Assembly: GCF_001194135.2 (NCBI RefSeq)
Contig: NC_068994.1
Span: 22,666,698-22,730,697, forward strand
DNA length: 64,000 nucleotides
DNA from: Octopus bimaculoides
Lineage: Eukaryota
Direction of reading: 5' to 3'
This document shows positions 23,494 through 36,500 of this stretch, piece by piece (the first letter of the stretch is position 1; the number at the start of each line of letters is the position of its first letter). The notes under the pieces were generated by a model, which had not been told where the DNA came from, did no database searches, and saw only the letters and a list, made by a program, of their open reading frames with translations. The position numbers were made by a program, and so were the translations under genes.

Positions 23494-23672
23494 GAAACAA
23501 GGGAAGGGATTATTTTAGAGGGAGAGATTACAATTTGGAAGTTATTTAATGAATTAATATGTTTTCAGTTTACAAAAACAACGACGGACAAGAGAGAATC
23601 ATTTTAGGGAGCAGAGCAAACAAGAAAGAATTATTTTAGAGAACAATACAAAATATGTATATACATGTAGCT
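23055..23672 (+). repeat. Degenerate tandem region: about 75-bp direct repeat (23055-23130 / 23598-23672) with five ATTATTTTAGAG cores
   Basis: CAGAGCAAACAAGAAAGAATTATTTTAGAGAA...AAATATGTATATACATGTAGCTA occurs twice. Confidence 0.75.
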
Positions 23673-23673
23673 A

Positions 23674-24196
23674 CCATCAAATTGACACTGGGGTAAAATA
23701 TACAAAGCCTGTCATGACTACCCATCTGATAAGGGTACACTAGGCACATGCATTACAACCATATGTCGCAACATGGTGAATCTCAAATCAAGATAAACAG
23801 CGCATGACCTTGCAAGTGGGAGCCAGTTAGAATTTTCTTCAGGTCGAGTAGCCCATCCTGCTCAAAAGGTCCCTGAATAAGGTTGGTTTAAGGATGATGA
23901 ACAAAACACCCATGTTTCCAAAGGTGAATTATTCAAACCCCAAAGAATTCCTCTCAACACATGGTTATGATGCTCCCCCACTACTTCTGCTCATGATCAG
24001 AGATGCACATATCGTCAGCCACTAAGGGACATGATAAACTGGTTAAGGTCAAACAACTGACAAGCAAATCTGTGGTATTGAGCAGAATATTTGCTGTAGT
24101 CCATCTTTTACACCAAGACAAAACATGTACATGATAACACTTCCAATTATTTAAAATCAAAAGCCATGGGAGCCACTGCCTGGCACTGCATCCCTG
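23674..24196. mobile_element. Family C repeat, copy 2
   Basis: Aligns end to end with 19490-20021; followed by a TTA/TCA microsatellite. Confidence 0.8.
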
Positions 24197-25098
24197 TATT
24201 ATTATTATTATCATCATTATCATCATCATCATCATTATAATTATTATTATTATTATCATTATTATTATTTTCTTTATTTTTCTTGCTATTTTGCACAATC
24301 ACTTGCCAAATTGTTACCTATGAGCTAATGCAAGAGAAGGCAAGCTATTGGAACCTTCTGACTGCATGAACTGCTTCTCTCACTGAACATTCTATATTAC
24401 AACACATCATCAAAAACATTCTGTAAAAAAACTTGGAATATAAGTGACATAAAAGTTAGGCAAGTTTGATGTGTGCACGATATAAAATTATGCATGTTGT
24501 TGCATATTTTTCTCATTGTTCCCACTGCATTCACTCACTGTTCCCTTTTCTCTCACTGTCCTCTTCCCACAGCTTCTCTGCCCCCTTAATACCCCTTTCT
24601 TATCTCTCTCCTTCTGGCTTCCACCTTATCAATTTTCCACTCCATCCTTCCCTTTCTCACTAACCCCTGACTCCAATTCCTTCTCCTATCCCTTCCATAT
24701 TTCTTTCCCCCTCAGTAGTTTCTACTATTACTCTTTCTACTACCACCCTCCCAAAACTATAAATGTGTTCCTCGCATACACCTTACTCTCTCTTACCACA
24801 CCACCTAGAATCATTACACCCTCTTTCTTCTATTCGCTTTTGGTTGTAGGAATCACTTTAGGCCTTTAGTCTTGCATAAAGTGGTTGGCATATCCAGCCA
24901 AAACAGACTGGAGCTTAACATATTTCTCTGAGGTGTTAGATCCTGTCCAGCTGTCCAATATATGTCACCATGGAAGGTGGATATTAAATGATGATGATAC
25001 ATATAAGCATGCATATGTGCACATATATGCATGAGTGTATGCACATACATGTACACACACGGACATGCAAACACACACACACTATATATATATATATA

Positions 25099-26293
25099 TA
25101 GGCTGTAATGAAAGTTCTGTTTCAATTTTTGATGGGAAACTTTGAACAAGATTTAAGTCTTATCTTTTACCAATATTTAGATAAAAAATTTTCTTGTTTT
25201 CTTTCAGATTCTGGGAAAATTACTTGAAGAAAATCTTTCAAATTGCCCCCATGTTTGGGGTAAAGAATACATTCATCATGCTACACTCTATGAATTTTAC
25301 AGAGGAAACAATGCAGATGTAGCTGCAAAATCCATCAAAAGCACATATGGTGACAACATAGTGCATGAAAGAATATGAAGTGGTTTTCTTGTTTCAGAAA
25401 AGGAAACTTCAGTTTGAAAGATGAGTGAAGAGAGGACTTGATTCTAAGGCACTGAAAGCAGCTGGTGAAGCTGACCTTACCATTACAGTTAGAGAACTCA
25501 GCAGACACTTCAAAGTAAGGCATATGAGTGTCCATCGTGAAATGAAAAGGCTTAGGAAAGAGTCAAAGGTTAGAAAGTGAAGAGTTGCAAACATGTCGCT
25601 TATAGTGCATCACTGCATACCCATCAGCTTCAAATGCCTTTTTTGGACTGAGTCATCACTGAGGATGAGATGTGGATCTTTTACAACAATGTTAAGCAAA
25701 GGCATCAGTGGCTTAGTTTTGGTGAAAAGCCTGTACATCAACCAAGAGCAAGCCTGCATCCAAGGAAGATTCTTCTGAGTGTATGATGCAAGGAATTGTC
25801 TATTATGAGTTACTAAACAATAGACAAATAATCGCAGCCAAAGTTTACTGCCCACAACTAAGGCATTTAAAAGTAGTTTTTGACAGAAAAACATTCCTCT
25901 TCAGCAAACAGAAAAGCGATCATTCTTCACCATGAAAACACATGACTCTGACTGCATGAATGACCGAAGATCTCCAAGAAAGACTTTGCTGAAAAAATGT
26001 TTCATTCACAATATTCCCCAAATCTTGCTCTTTCGGATTACCATCTGTTTAAAAGTTTTCAAAAACATCTGGATGGAGACTAACTTCAGAAGATGAGGCT
26101 GAAAATGAGTTATCTCTTACTTCAACTCAAAACCTAATAAATTTTATACAAGTGGCATCAAAAAGCTTAACAGATGGGATAAGGTCATTTAAAACAATGG
26201 TTTATATTAATGATTAAATACATTTATAATAACCACTATGTTGTTTTATTCGTCATTGAAAAAAAATCAGACGGAACTTTTGTTACAACCTGA
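25099..26293 (+). mobile_element. Full-length mariner relic
   Basis: Imperfect TIRs GGCTGTAATGAAAGTTC / GGAACTTTTGTTACAACC; VTEDEMWIFYNN and YSPNLALSDYHLF motifs; inserted in (TA)/(CA) repeat. Confidence 0.8.
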
Positions 26294-26801
26294 TACACAC
26301 ACACACACACACACACATAGATGTATATAAATATAGATACATTAAGGTCCTGGAAGATGAGATATTTCCAATTCAGCACTCAACCCAAGCTTGAGGCTAT
26401 CTACACTCTTGAATTGTAGTCTTATGTAAGATTGAAATTTATCTGATAAAAAATCCAAGTGTCACATCAGTAAAACTAATGTGCAGGTCTAGCAAAAAGT
26501 GAGATACAATCCAAATAAGACTGGCGTTGCTAGTGCCTATAGCTTGTCTCCATTTCAGAATCTTATTCATATCTTTATTTATACTTCTTGTTTGCATCTG
26601 ATATAAGTAAAATACATTGATTGGTAGAAACACAATTTAAGTCTGCACCTTTTGATGCAAGTCTGATGAAGTGTCACTCTGGTGTTTAAATATTATATAA
26701 CTTTTCACATTGAACTTTTGCATGCAATGGTGTTAAAACAGTGTTTGAGAAACAACTGTAACTTTTCATTAAGATGTGTTAAACTTCGCCTTCTTATCTG
26801 G

Positions 26802-26838
<37 letters not shown>

Positions 26839-27227
26839 TGTGATGTATTTCAACTTTTAAAGGCAAATTCACTGCATTTATCACGAAGAGAAAAATTCTC
26901 TCTTATGTAAAAGGGGTAAAAACCCATATCTGTCCAGTGCTGCCCCTTATCGGATTCCCAGATGCAGGGTTTCTAGCTCTCTCTCTCTCTGTGCTGTGTA
27001 TGTGTGTGTCTTTTTTGTTCTCTCTCCATTTTTTTCCTCTCAACCCTTTCTGTCGAAGAGCATTGGCTCAAAAGGTCAAAGACTTTTCCATTTTTCCCAA
27101 GCGCCAAGCTAATACACCTGCTTGTTGTTCCCTCACTTGTCTTCGTCTTTTGTTTTCTGTAAATTTGATCTATACACACACACACACACACACACACTCC
27201 CTCTCTCTCTCTCATATACACATATAT

Positions 27228-27410
27228 AGTCCCACAGGCCATCCCAGTGGAGTTTAAAACTGGCTGCCCATATGAACTCCTGTATGCAGATGATCTCAAT
27301 CTCATAGCTGAGTCTATAGTGGAGTTAGAGAGGAAATTCCAAGAATTGAAGTTAAACCTAGAACCAAGAGGCGACAAGGTAAAATCAGCAAAAGACTAAA
27401 GTTTTAGTAA
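27228..27410 (+). mobile_element. RTE RT fragment
   Basis: EFKTGCPYELLYADDLNLIAES. Confidence 0.75.
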
Positions 27411-27706
27411 ATTGGTTTCTTCTGGGGATCTTTTTCTTCATTTTTCTCAGTTGGTACAGTGTAATCTCAGTTTATTAGTGTTACACTGTGCCCGTTTTCT
27501 GTTAGTTTAACAACATGTGCCTTGCTTACTATGTATTTTTAGTATTATTTAGTATGATCAAATTTCACTGAGGTCAACTTCACCTCATTTTTGGGGCCAA
27601 TGAAATAAGTACAAGTTGAGCAATGGAATCAATGTAATGAACTAACTCCCTCCCACCAATATTTCAGAGCTTGTACCTGTAGTAAAAGGGATTATTAAAT
27701 AGCTTG

Positions 27707-27934
27707 TTAACCCTTTTGATACCAACCTGCCTGAAGCCACCTCTGGTTCCATGATACAAACCTTTGGTTTTAATGTAATCTCAGTTAAAATCTTCCACCA
27801 AAATTTCAGGTTAATTTATGTTCTAAACACTAGTTTAATAGTGACAGTTATTTGTGTAAATTTTTCATTATTTTAAAAATTAATTGAAACAAAGTCAGCA
27901 TATTTCAACAGAAATAGGGTAATAAAAGTGTTAA
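27707..27934. mobile_element. TTAA-flanked MITE family 2
   Basis: TTAACCCTTTTGATACC ... GGTAATAAAAGTGTTAA TIRs. Confidence 0.7.
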
Positions 27935-28279
27935 TTCTTTAGTAGCTGTCATGCTGGAGTTCTTGATAGATGACAACACATTTTCGTAGTATTAGTTTAG
28001 ACTTAACAATATTTATGGAACCAGCTTTATGTGCTATGACTATTTTACCCCTCCCACCTACACACCTTTATGATGGATGCACACATTTTGTTTACCTTGT
28101 TACCCATAACTAGACCTTCATTCTGTGTTTAAGTACAATGTATATGTGTGCATGTATGTGTGAGGTATATATGTATACACACACACACACACACACATGT
28201 ATATGTAGATGGCTATATATGTATACATGTGCAGCTTTCAAACATTAGATATGTGAAGGTTTATATATATTCTTACATA

Positions 28280-28717
28280 CAGTGGTGGACTGGCCAGCTT
28301 GCCAACTTGCCCGATGGCAAGTGGGCCCCTGCGCCATTAGAATCCATATATGAGGGCCATCTAGCCATTCAAGAAAGTCTGTTTCTGGTGTGTTCATAGC
28401 ACATACTGCTCCAGAGCATCTATCACATACAAAGAGTATGTTGTCTGAGAGTCTGCTTCCAATTCTATTACATTTCTTGTGTCCCTAGCTTACATTAAGA
28501 ACAGCATGTAGAGTTTATCTAAGGGTCCCATCCCCTCAAGTCTGAGAATTTTTTATTCACTCCTGGGAGATGCATTAATTATTTCAGCCTGGCTGTGTTT
28601 GTAGACAGTTGAAAAGAATACTTTTAACAAAAAAAAAATTAAATGATAGCACTGTAGTTGCAGGTGAGCCCCCTTAGTCTCCTGGCAACCAATATTTTCA
28701 TACCCAGTTCGCCACTG
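28280..28717. mobile_element. hAT-type MITE carrying a 163-bp RTE fragment
   Basis: TIRs CAGTGGTGGACTGG / CCAGTTCGCCACTG; perfect 8-bp TSD CTTACATA (28272-28279, 28718-28725). Confidence 0.9.
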
Positions 28718-29029
28718 CTTACATATGTATATATAAAATACAGGTGAGGTGCAAATTTGTCCACATATACTCACCATCACCTGTAGTCATGTCCTGCTAA
28801 GCCAGAACACCCATCCCCCACTTCCTCACCCCCTATTGCTCCCCTCTCCTTAGATTGCAGATGCTTGTCTCAGAAATGTAATCTGTTGTGACAAATAATG
28901 CTTGTTTCACTGGACAGGTGAAAGAACCCACTGCTTGCTAGCAAGTGTTCACAAAATTGTTCATCTTCATGCTTTCAGGTGCTGAAAACTATCCTCCAAT
29001 TAACTTCTCACTTCTCCCAGGCCTATAGC

Positions 29030-29662
29030 CTTAGAGCTGTCAGGACCAATGTTGGCACAATGAAAGTTAAGTTCAATGAAATAGATGAAATATGCTTGAG
29101 GGGAAGCATGTAGATGTGTACTATGTGCAAGAGGTAAAATGGTGGGGAACCTCAACTAAACCCCTCACAGGCAAGGAGCAGTGTTTCAAATTCTTTCTCC
29201 TGGGAAGATAGCAATAATGAGTGGATAGTGTGAGCATGCTTTAGGTAAAGAAATGGATAAATAAAGTGATCAAGGTAGTCAGATTGTGTGATAGTGTAAT
29301 TAAGCTTAGACTAGCTTGGAAAACATGACAGCAATGTTTATCTCTGCCTATGCTCCACATACCGGACTGACAGACAAACTGAAGGACAACTTCTACAAGG
29401 CCTTTTGCAGGTTACCGCAATAAAGAATGACAATGACCTTATTATCACTTCAACATGTTGGGCAGTAGCCTAATGGATTTTATGGTGTATATGGAGGAAC
29501 ATAGTTTTGGTTCTAGAAATGAAAGAACAAAGTTGTTGGAGTTCTGTGATTCATATGACCTAATGATTTGTAACACTAGCCTGGTAAAAGCAGCCAGCCA
29601 CCTGATCACCTATCAATCTAGTGGGCATACAAGTCAGATTGAGTATATCCTCACAAGAAACT
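29030..29662 (+). mobile_element. RTE endonuclease fragment
   Basis: NVGTMK, VQEVKW, RNERTKLLEFCDSYDLMICNT, SQIEYILTR. Confidence 0.75.
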
Positions 29663-29900
29663 AATAACAGCTATCAACTACAGTTAGTGAGCCATCTAGG
29701 CATTCAAGAAAATCTATTTCTGGTGTGTTCATAGCACATATTGCTCCAGTGCATCTATCACATACAAAGAGTATGTTCTCTGATAGTCTGCTTCCAATTC
29801 TATTACATTTCTTGTGTCCATAGCTTATATTAGGAACAGCATGTAGAGTTTATATATACTCCTTTTCTGCTTGCTGAGCAAAGCTATTTTTCCTTGAGGG
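29663..29900 (-). mobile_element. RTE RT fragment spanning the PHD insert
   Basis: LCSASRKGVYINS...YKLWT..KCNRIGSRLSENILFVCDRCTGA...DGSLTVVDSCY. Confidence 0.75.
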
Positions 29901-30719
29901 CATTATCAGGGCATTATCTGATTTCCTACTTGGAAATACCTAAACTTTATAATAAATGTAGAACAAGAAAACTGTGAACTGGTACCACAAGATGCAAAGG
30001 CCTTGCTGAACTTGATGAAAGTGCTTAAAGCATTGAAAAAAAAAAAAAAAATTCAAGTTTTTATGAAAGATGCTTCTCGTATTTAGATCTTAGACCATGA
30101 ACTTTGAATGTGCAGAAGATTTGTTGAATTAAAATTCTGGAGGCATATCTTGTTTCAATGTTCAACCATCTGCAGTTAAGATCAACCCAAAGACTGGAAA
30201 ACAAGTAATAAGTATTGGTAATTTATTTGATGTAGTTATTAAAAAAGAGGAGCAATATGGTAGAAGCTACAGCCAGGCGTCTTCTGATGACTAAAATAAG
30301 CATTCCAACTGGCTCAGAATTTTTTGGACAAAATTAGAAACGACCAAGAATTTCTTAGAAAGTAGTTTCAATTAAAAATATATGAACTTATTAGTGTTTG
30401 AAAGATATATCTGATAATTAAAAAAAAACGTGCTTATTTTTAAACTCCCCTATTTTAACATTATACATACTTGTACTGCTTTTGTACATTTTCTGTTTCC
30501 ATTACCTGCCTTTATCTCTTAGCCTGACTCTCAACCTTCTACATTTTACCAGCTAACACGTATCACTTCAGCACAAGCTGGTAACTGCCTTCAAACAAGA
30601 AAACGTGCAATTATGTTAATATATGAGCAGTTAAAAAAAAAAACAACCTTTTGGCAACTGGGGAGAGGAGGCTCAAACCTATGAGCTGCAATCCNNNNNN
30701 NNNNTATATATATATATAT

Positions 30720-31273
30720 ATATATATATCAGTGGAAACTTATGGTCACGAATAATGTTACAAAACAGTTATTATTATCAAAATTAGAAAACCAGGATAT
30801 TGATTCACATCTCGTAGTGTATATTATCGGTCGGGTATTGTTATCTACAAGGCTCCGTCCAAAGAATTAAGAGCAAGGTAGCAATTATGCAACATGTCAG
30901 GTAGAAACACTTTGGGTACAGGTGACTGAAAGAATGCATGTATATAACAAATGTGGGCAGCTTAGAGTGTATGAAAAGTTGTAAAATGATGATAGGTATA
31001 ATAGAGGGGAAAACACTAGTAATTGAATGACACTTTCAGCAGATTGAGGAAATCAAAGAGAAAGTAAGAAATAGGGAAGAAATCGATAGACACATAAATA
31101 GACAGTTAATCTCTTGTGTATATGCACAAATCTACGAAGAATCGCGAGACTCAGAGTAACATTAATAGACTAATCTCATTACCAAGTAATTATACTCTGA
31201 TTTGTACATTCAAACGTGCATATGAGTGTGGGTGTGAATCCATCAATTTCTCTCTCTTTATATGTGTGTGTGC

Positions 31274-31311
<38 letters not shown>

Positions 31312-32520
31312 AAAACGGAAGACACGCAGGAAAAAATAAAAATTAGTAGGTAATTTTTTAAAAAAAATAAAGACTAGTATGGACAAAAAAGAAAAACGTA
31401 AAATAACAAGGTGAATACATGCAATTAGCATTCACTTACATGAAAGAAGTAATTAGAAGAAATGTTAAGGAACCCACATCAATTTGTCCAACCACATGTC
31501 TCTGAATTCTAAACAATCATTGATTGAAATGAATCAATGAGAATTGTCATTGGTAGTTCACTTAGTCTCACATATATGCTTTAGCCATCAATAACACAGA
31601 ATTCGACGAGGGAAACCTTTATGCGATCGCTTGCCCCGATAGAAATAGCAGTCAAATTACCACGAATCATACTGTTTAGTCTTAGAAAAGAAGGATATTA
31701 GATAATGTGGTTATAGGTGAACTGTGTCTAGAAAACACGTAATGGTCATTGTTTGAATACTTTTGATTGTAGATCTGCTCTATAAGGGCTAATCTGGACT
31801 AAATAAATATACTTAATAAATGGATCGATAGGTGATGAACAGTAATTAAGGAAAATTACTTACTATTTCATAACATTTTCATTCCTTCATATAGTCAAAA
31901 TAAAAAGGTTTGTTTCGAAAGATCACCGCCAAAATATGAAGATAGAAACATTCAGATACCACCGCACGAGTTTCACTTAATGAGTATGTGGCTGTGGGTG
32001 TGTGTGTGGAGCAGCTACTCATACCATTCAAGTGGAAGCAGCTTACTCTTTACTTACATATATATACATACATTGCTTACTTTGAATACATTTTCTTTCA
32101 AAAAGGAAAGAGTTAATTAAATATTTCAATTCAATATCGGATTTGCATGACATGTGCATTTGGAAGTACGATAGTGAATTGACAATCAAAACACTAGACA
32201 TGTTCACAATATGAATCAAAACTCACATCTTTGCCTTCTGTTCTCTCACTAATTTCAAAGAGTGCGTTAGGAAATGGTAAAATTTCATTCTGTTGCAAAC
32301 AAATAAACAACGGTGATACACTATATAGCGTTAAAGAAGCTACCGGTTAGATGTAAACATAGAAAGGGGCAGATAACAAGTTGGCTTAAAGTCGGAGTTG
32401 GCTGATTCAAGGCAGGAAAGAAGGAATACTGAGAAGAGAAATATATGCTGACATGGAAACCAGAATAAATGTTGGATGTCGCATCTCAAGGCGTGAATGG
32501 GGAAGGTCAGTGCCACTAAA
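30720..32520. promoter_or_regulatory. CpG-retaining, largely TE-poor island; candidate promoter/first exon
   Basis: About 35 CpG in 1.8 kb by hand count versus about 7 in 47300-49100. Confidence 0.4.
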
Positions 32521-32919
32521 GGAAGTAAAATTGTCTAAGAGTAACAAACATGTTCATAAAAAATATATAATTGTCAAAATAGAAGAGTAGGATATCTTGG
32601 GGTATCATGCATAGATATCAAAAACAAGACTATACACACACTCATACATATATAGACATATACATGTGTATGTGTGTGTGTGTCTGTGTGTATGCACACA
32701 CACACAAGAATTTTCGTGTGTATGAATGTTCACTGTCTCATAGTTGCATGAGTCAGACTTTCTATGGCCAGAAGCCCACCCTGTTGCCAACTTTCTCTTG
32801 TTCTCAGGAGAGGTAATATTTCCCTATGGTCTGACAGGTTTTTCTTGAAAGATTGAAAACAAACAATGCTTGTTTACAACCATCATGTAGTATCAAGAAC
32901 AGATACACACATACACAGA

Positions 32920-33050
32920 TACAATCTCAAGGCTTTGGTCAGCCCAGAGCTATAGCAGAAGACACTTGCCAAAGGTGCCATGCAGAAAGACTGGATCTAA
33001 GACAACATGGTCGGGAAGCAAGATTCTTAACCATACAAACATGCCCATAC
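32920..33050 (-). mobile_element. SINE family A, 5' part
   Basis: CAAGGCTTTGGTCAGCCCAGAGCTATAGCAGAAGACACTTGCCAAAGGTGCC. Confidence 0.7.
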
Positions 33051-33074
33051 CTATCCATACATACATACGTATGT

Positions 33075-33320
33075 ATATGTATACTTATCATCATCATCAT
33101 CATCATTATTTTAACATCTGTTTTTCATACTAGCATGAGTTAGATGGGTCGTCAATGGTACAAGTCATCGCCAATTGCAAGCTGCTATTCCTGAAAACTA
33201 GGTGCTTGTACATGTCATTTTGGCTTCCTTTGTACAAATGGATCCTCTTCCTAATGCCAACTACTTTACAGAATGGACTGGATGCATTTTCTCATGGTAC
33301 CAGTATGAATGAGGTTGAAT
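33075..33320 (-). mobile_element. RTE tail copy
   Basis: (ATC)n TTTAACATCTGTTTTTCATACTAGCATGAG...CTTCCTAATGCCAAC. Confidence 0.65.
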
Positions 33321-33479
33321 AATCTTTGATGAGATGAGAGGGTCCTTATCTTGAAATTACTGTCACTCCTCTTCTTGTAAAATGACTTCTCCAACATCAG
33401 ATGGGGTATCATTGACAGGGCCCATCTTATTCGCCTGAAGCTTTCAATTGCCCACTCTGTCTCCATCAAATACTATATA

Positions 33480-34664
33480 TTGGGTTGTCCAGAAAGTTCG
33501 TGCCGATTTTTAAAGGAAAGAAAAAGGTCAATAAATACTTGCCATTACATTTTTAATCAACCAAATACGAACCATTTTGATGCAAAATGCGTCTCCATTT
33601 TTCCTTTAACTTGAAAATACCTTTTTCCCAAGATTGAGGTGGTTTCATGGCAAAGAATTCATCAACGTATCTTTTTATGTCATCCAAAGAATTGAATTTT
33701 TACCATTAAGACTATTCTGCAGAGACCTGAATAAGTGGAAATCCAAAGGAGCAATATCTGATGAATATGGAAGGTGTGGTAACACATCCCAGCTGAGCTG
33801 CAGCAATTTTTGTCTGTTTCCCAAAGAAACGTGCAGTCTTGCATTATCATGTTGGAAAACAACACNNNNNNNNNNNNNNNNNNNNNNNNNNNNNNNNNNN
33901 NNNNNNNNNNNNNNNNNNNNNNNNNNNNNNNNNNNNNNNNNNNNNNNNNNNNNNNNNNNNNNNNNNNNNNNNNNNNNNNNNNNNNNNNNNNNNNNNNNNN
34001 NNNNNNNNNNNNNNNNNNNNNNNNNNNNNNNNNNNNNNNNNNNNNNNNNNNNNNNNNNNNNNNNNNNNNNNNNNNNNNNNNNNNNNNNNNNNNNNNNNNN
34101 NNNNNNNNNNNNNNNNNNNNNNNNNNNNNNNNNNNTCATGTGGTACCCAAACATCTTAGCAATTTGTGTACCCAGGCTTTACCAGGTGCTCATGAATGAC
34201 AGATTTTGATAGGTTGAGGCTTTCTGCCAATTCTTGGGTTGTGCAATGTGGGTTATTCTCAATTCATGACTTGATTTGGTCATCATCTATAGTGGATGGT
34301 CTGCCTGATCGCTCTTTATCAATAAGGCTACAATCTCCAGCTCGGAACCTTGCGAACCACTTCTGTACAGTTCTTTCAGATAAAGAAACATCACCATAAA
34401 CTGTGCATATTTCTTTGGTTGCTTGTGAAGCATTTTTCCCTTTACCGAAAAAGAAGCATCAAGTGCCGAAAATGAACTTTCTTATCTTCCATTTTAAAGG
34501 ATTACAGAATTAACACAGGTTATAGGGACATAAACCTTCTTCCATGAAAAGATAGCATAAACTGTGCTCCAAATGGAGGTGTAGTCAAATCCTATTTTAT
34601 GGACTCAACCATGTTCTAAAATAAGTCAAAAGGTAAATCAGCACGAACTTTCCAGATAACCCAA
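33480..34664 (-). mobile_element. Full-length Hsmar1-like (DD34D) mariner relic with internal gap
   Basis: TIRs TTGGGTTGTCCAGAAAGTTCGTGCCGATTT / AAATCAGCACGAACTTTCCAGATAACCCAA with TA TSD; FQHDNARLH...YSSDIAPLDFHLF. Confidence 0.9.
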
Positions 34665-34924
34665 TACATTCCATCAACCTGCAGTATCTATCAACAGGAA
34701 AATTGAACTATCATACTGCTACCACAAGAGGTACGCCCTGTTAGTGAACTTCAAGCTATTGGCAGCTGACAACTCAGACATACCACTCTAGGTGTGGCTG
34801 TCCCACACATAAGGGCAGGATATTCAATCCCTGCTGCACATATAGAATACAGCCTCTGCCACCCCATATTGATTGCAGCCTCAGTTGTAACCCAACACCA
34901 TCAAATTTGGTTATCTCCACATAA

Positions 34925-35105
34925 AGACTGTTTCTTCTCTAGTTCTGGTAGTGATTCTGCTATGGGGGCTAGATCATCAGCATAGAGGAGTTCCCAGAGG
35001 TAACCTGTCTTGAATTCCTCTGTTATTGCCTGGAGGACTATGATGAATAAGAGGGGACTGAGGGCTGAACCTTGTTGGACCCCTGCTTCTACCCAGAATT
35101 CTAGA
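34925..35105 (-). mobile_element. RTE RT fragment
   Basis: GVQQGSALSPLLFIIVLQAITEEFKTGYLWELLYADD. Confidence 0.85.
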
Positions 35106-35436
35106 TGCCTAACATGTAGAAGACATCTCAAATTTTTCTCAAAACTTTCACATTGTTCCTAGCATCAGATGAGATGAACATGTTCTATGCACCCATGAAA
35201 CTATAATTCATGTGAAGCTGAGTCAAACTCTTATTAAAAATATATGTAACTCCTACCAAATGTATTGAGTGCTAATCTTGTTTTGTTTCTTCACTTACTC
35301 ATAGATAGATATATAGATATATGTACATATGCATACATGTATACATATACACATACATGCACATATATACATAACAAATACGTACATATCATCATCATCA
35401 TCATCATTTAATGTCCGTCTTCCATGCATGCATGGG

Positions 35437-35585
35437 GAGGCACAGGCATGGTTGTGTGGTTAGGAAGCAAGCTTCCTAATCACATAGTTTCCAGTTCAGT
35501 CCCACTGTGCGGCACCTTGGGCAAGTGTCTTCTTCTATAACCTCAAGCCGACCAAAGCCTTATGACTGAACTTGATAAGCAGAAG
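35437..35585 (+). mobile_element. SINE family A, 5' part
   Basis: GGCATGGTTGTGTGGTTAGGAAGC...CAGTTCAGTCCCACTGTGCGGCACCTTGGGCAAGTGTC. Confidence 0.8.
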
Positions 35586-35626
35586 TGTGTAAGTGCTTGT
35601 GCTGCCAAACAGAGAGGTTCCATACA

Positions 35627-35657
<31 letters not shown>

Positions 35658-35989
35658 CCATATCAGTATACACATACATTCACATTACCTGCAAGTATAC
35701 ATAAAGTATCACAAAAGTAACATGTACACATATACATATACTCATATGCACATAAAAAGCAAGTGTGTAAATGCACACACAGCTACAGTGCCATCCAATA
35801 AGAGAGTAATATAATTATGTTTAATACAGTTAAATAATAATATATAGTAAAATATTAAAGGAAAGAAAGCAAGGTCATACACTGTATTATTGCTACATTA
35901 TGCGATATACTTATGTGAGCTGTAATTAGTAATTTATGTTGCTAAGGTAAATCCACTATAAGATTGCCAATATAGAATCTATGGAGTAG

Positions 35990-36500
35990 GGTTGCAGGCT
36001 GCCAAAAACTGCATAAAATATCTTGAAGGAGATGTAAGCAGAGGTTTGCAGAATTGCATAACCAGTTTAAATTACATAAATCTCTGCCTAATCTAGTGCA
36101 AGCAATTAACCCTCAATTCAGCTCTTCTATTCAGTACACTGCCTTAATGCTTTAATCTCTCATAGAGTTTGCTGTAACATAATCTGAAGCCATACCTATT
36201 ATTAGAATATGGTGAAGCCCTTTGAATGATATCCCACACAATCTAAAATTGAATATTACTGTCCTTTAATTACCATATTTTTCAGCCAAAGATGTACTAC
36301 TAGCCTTATGGCAGTGTTTAAAGGAGGAGAGGTGATTACACAATCTTACTTTGAAGTCACATGATGAACTGCCTTTGTAGGTTAAGGTATTAGTACTGTT
36401 TTTTATACTACATTTATAGACGATATTATTTGTAAAACAGGCTCTTTAAATTGACAATTAGCTTGGTCCCAACAATTGCATTGTTTTTTAGAATTCCAAT
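35990..36500 (-). mobile_element. Penelope-like element GIY-YIG endonuclease relic
   Basis: YKGSSSCDFKVRLCNHLSSFKH..ASSTSLAEK..LKD...IVWDIIQRASPYSN...LC...LNRRAEL..C.H. Confidence 0.7.

Noticed and set aside
24466-24869. Pro/Ser/Phe-rich ORFs in pyrimidine tracts (also 45893-46984 and 37190-37665)
   Set aside because: Low-complexity CT- or GA-rich DNA with no protein motif.
28356-29853. 163-bp direct repeats as LTRs of a small LTR element
   Set aside because: No TG...CA ends, PBS or PPT; the repeat is RTE coding sequence and one copy lies inside a hAT MITE with its own TSD.
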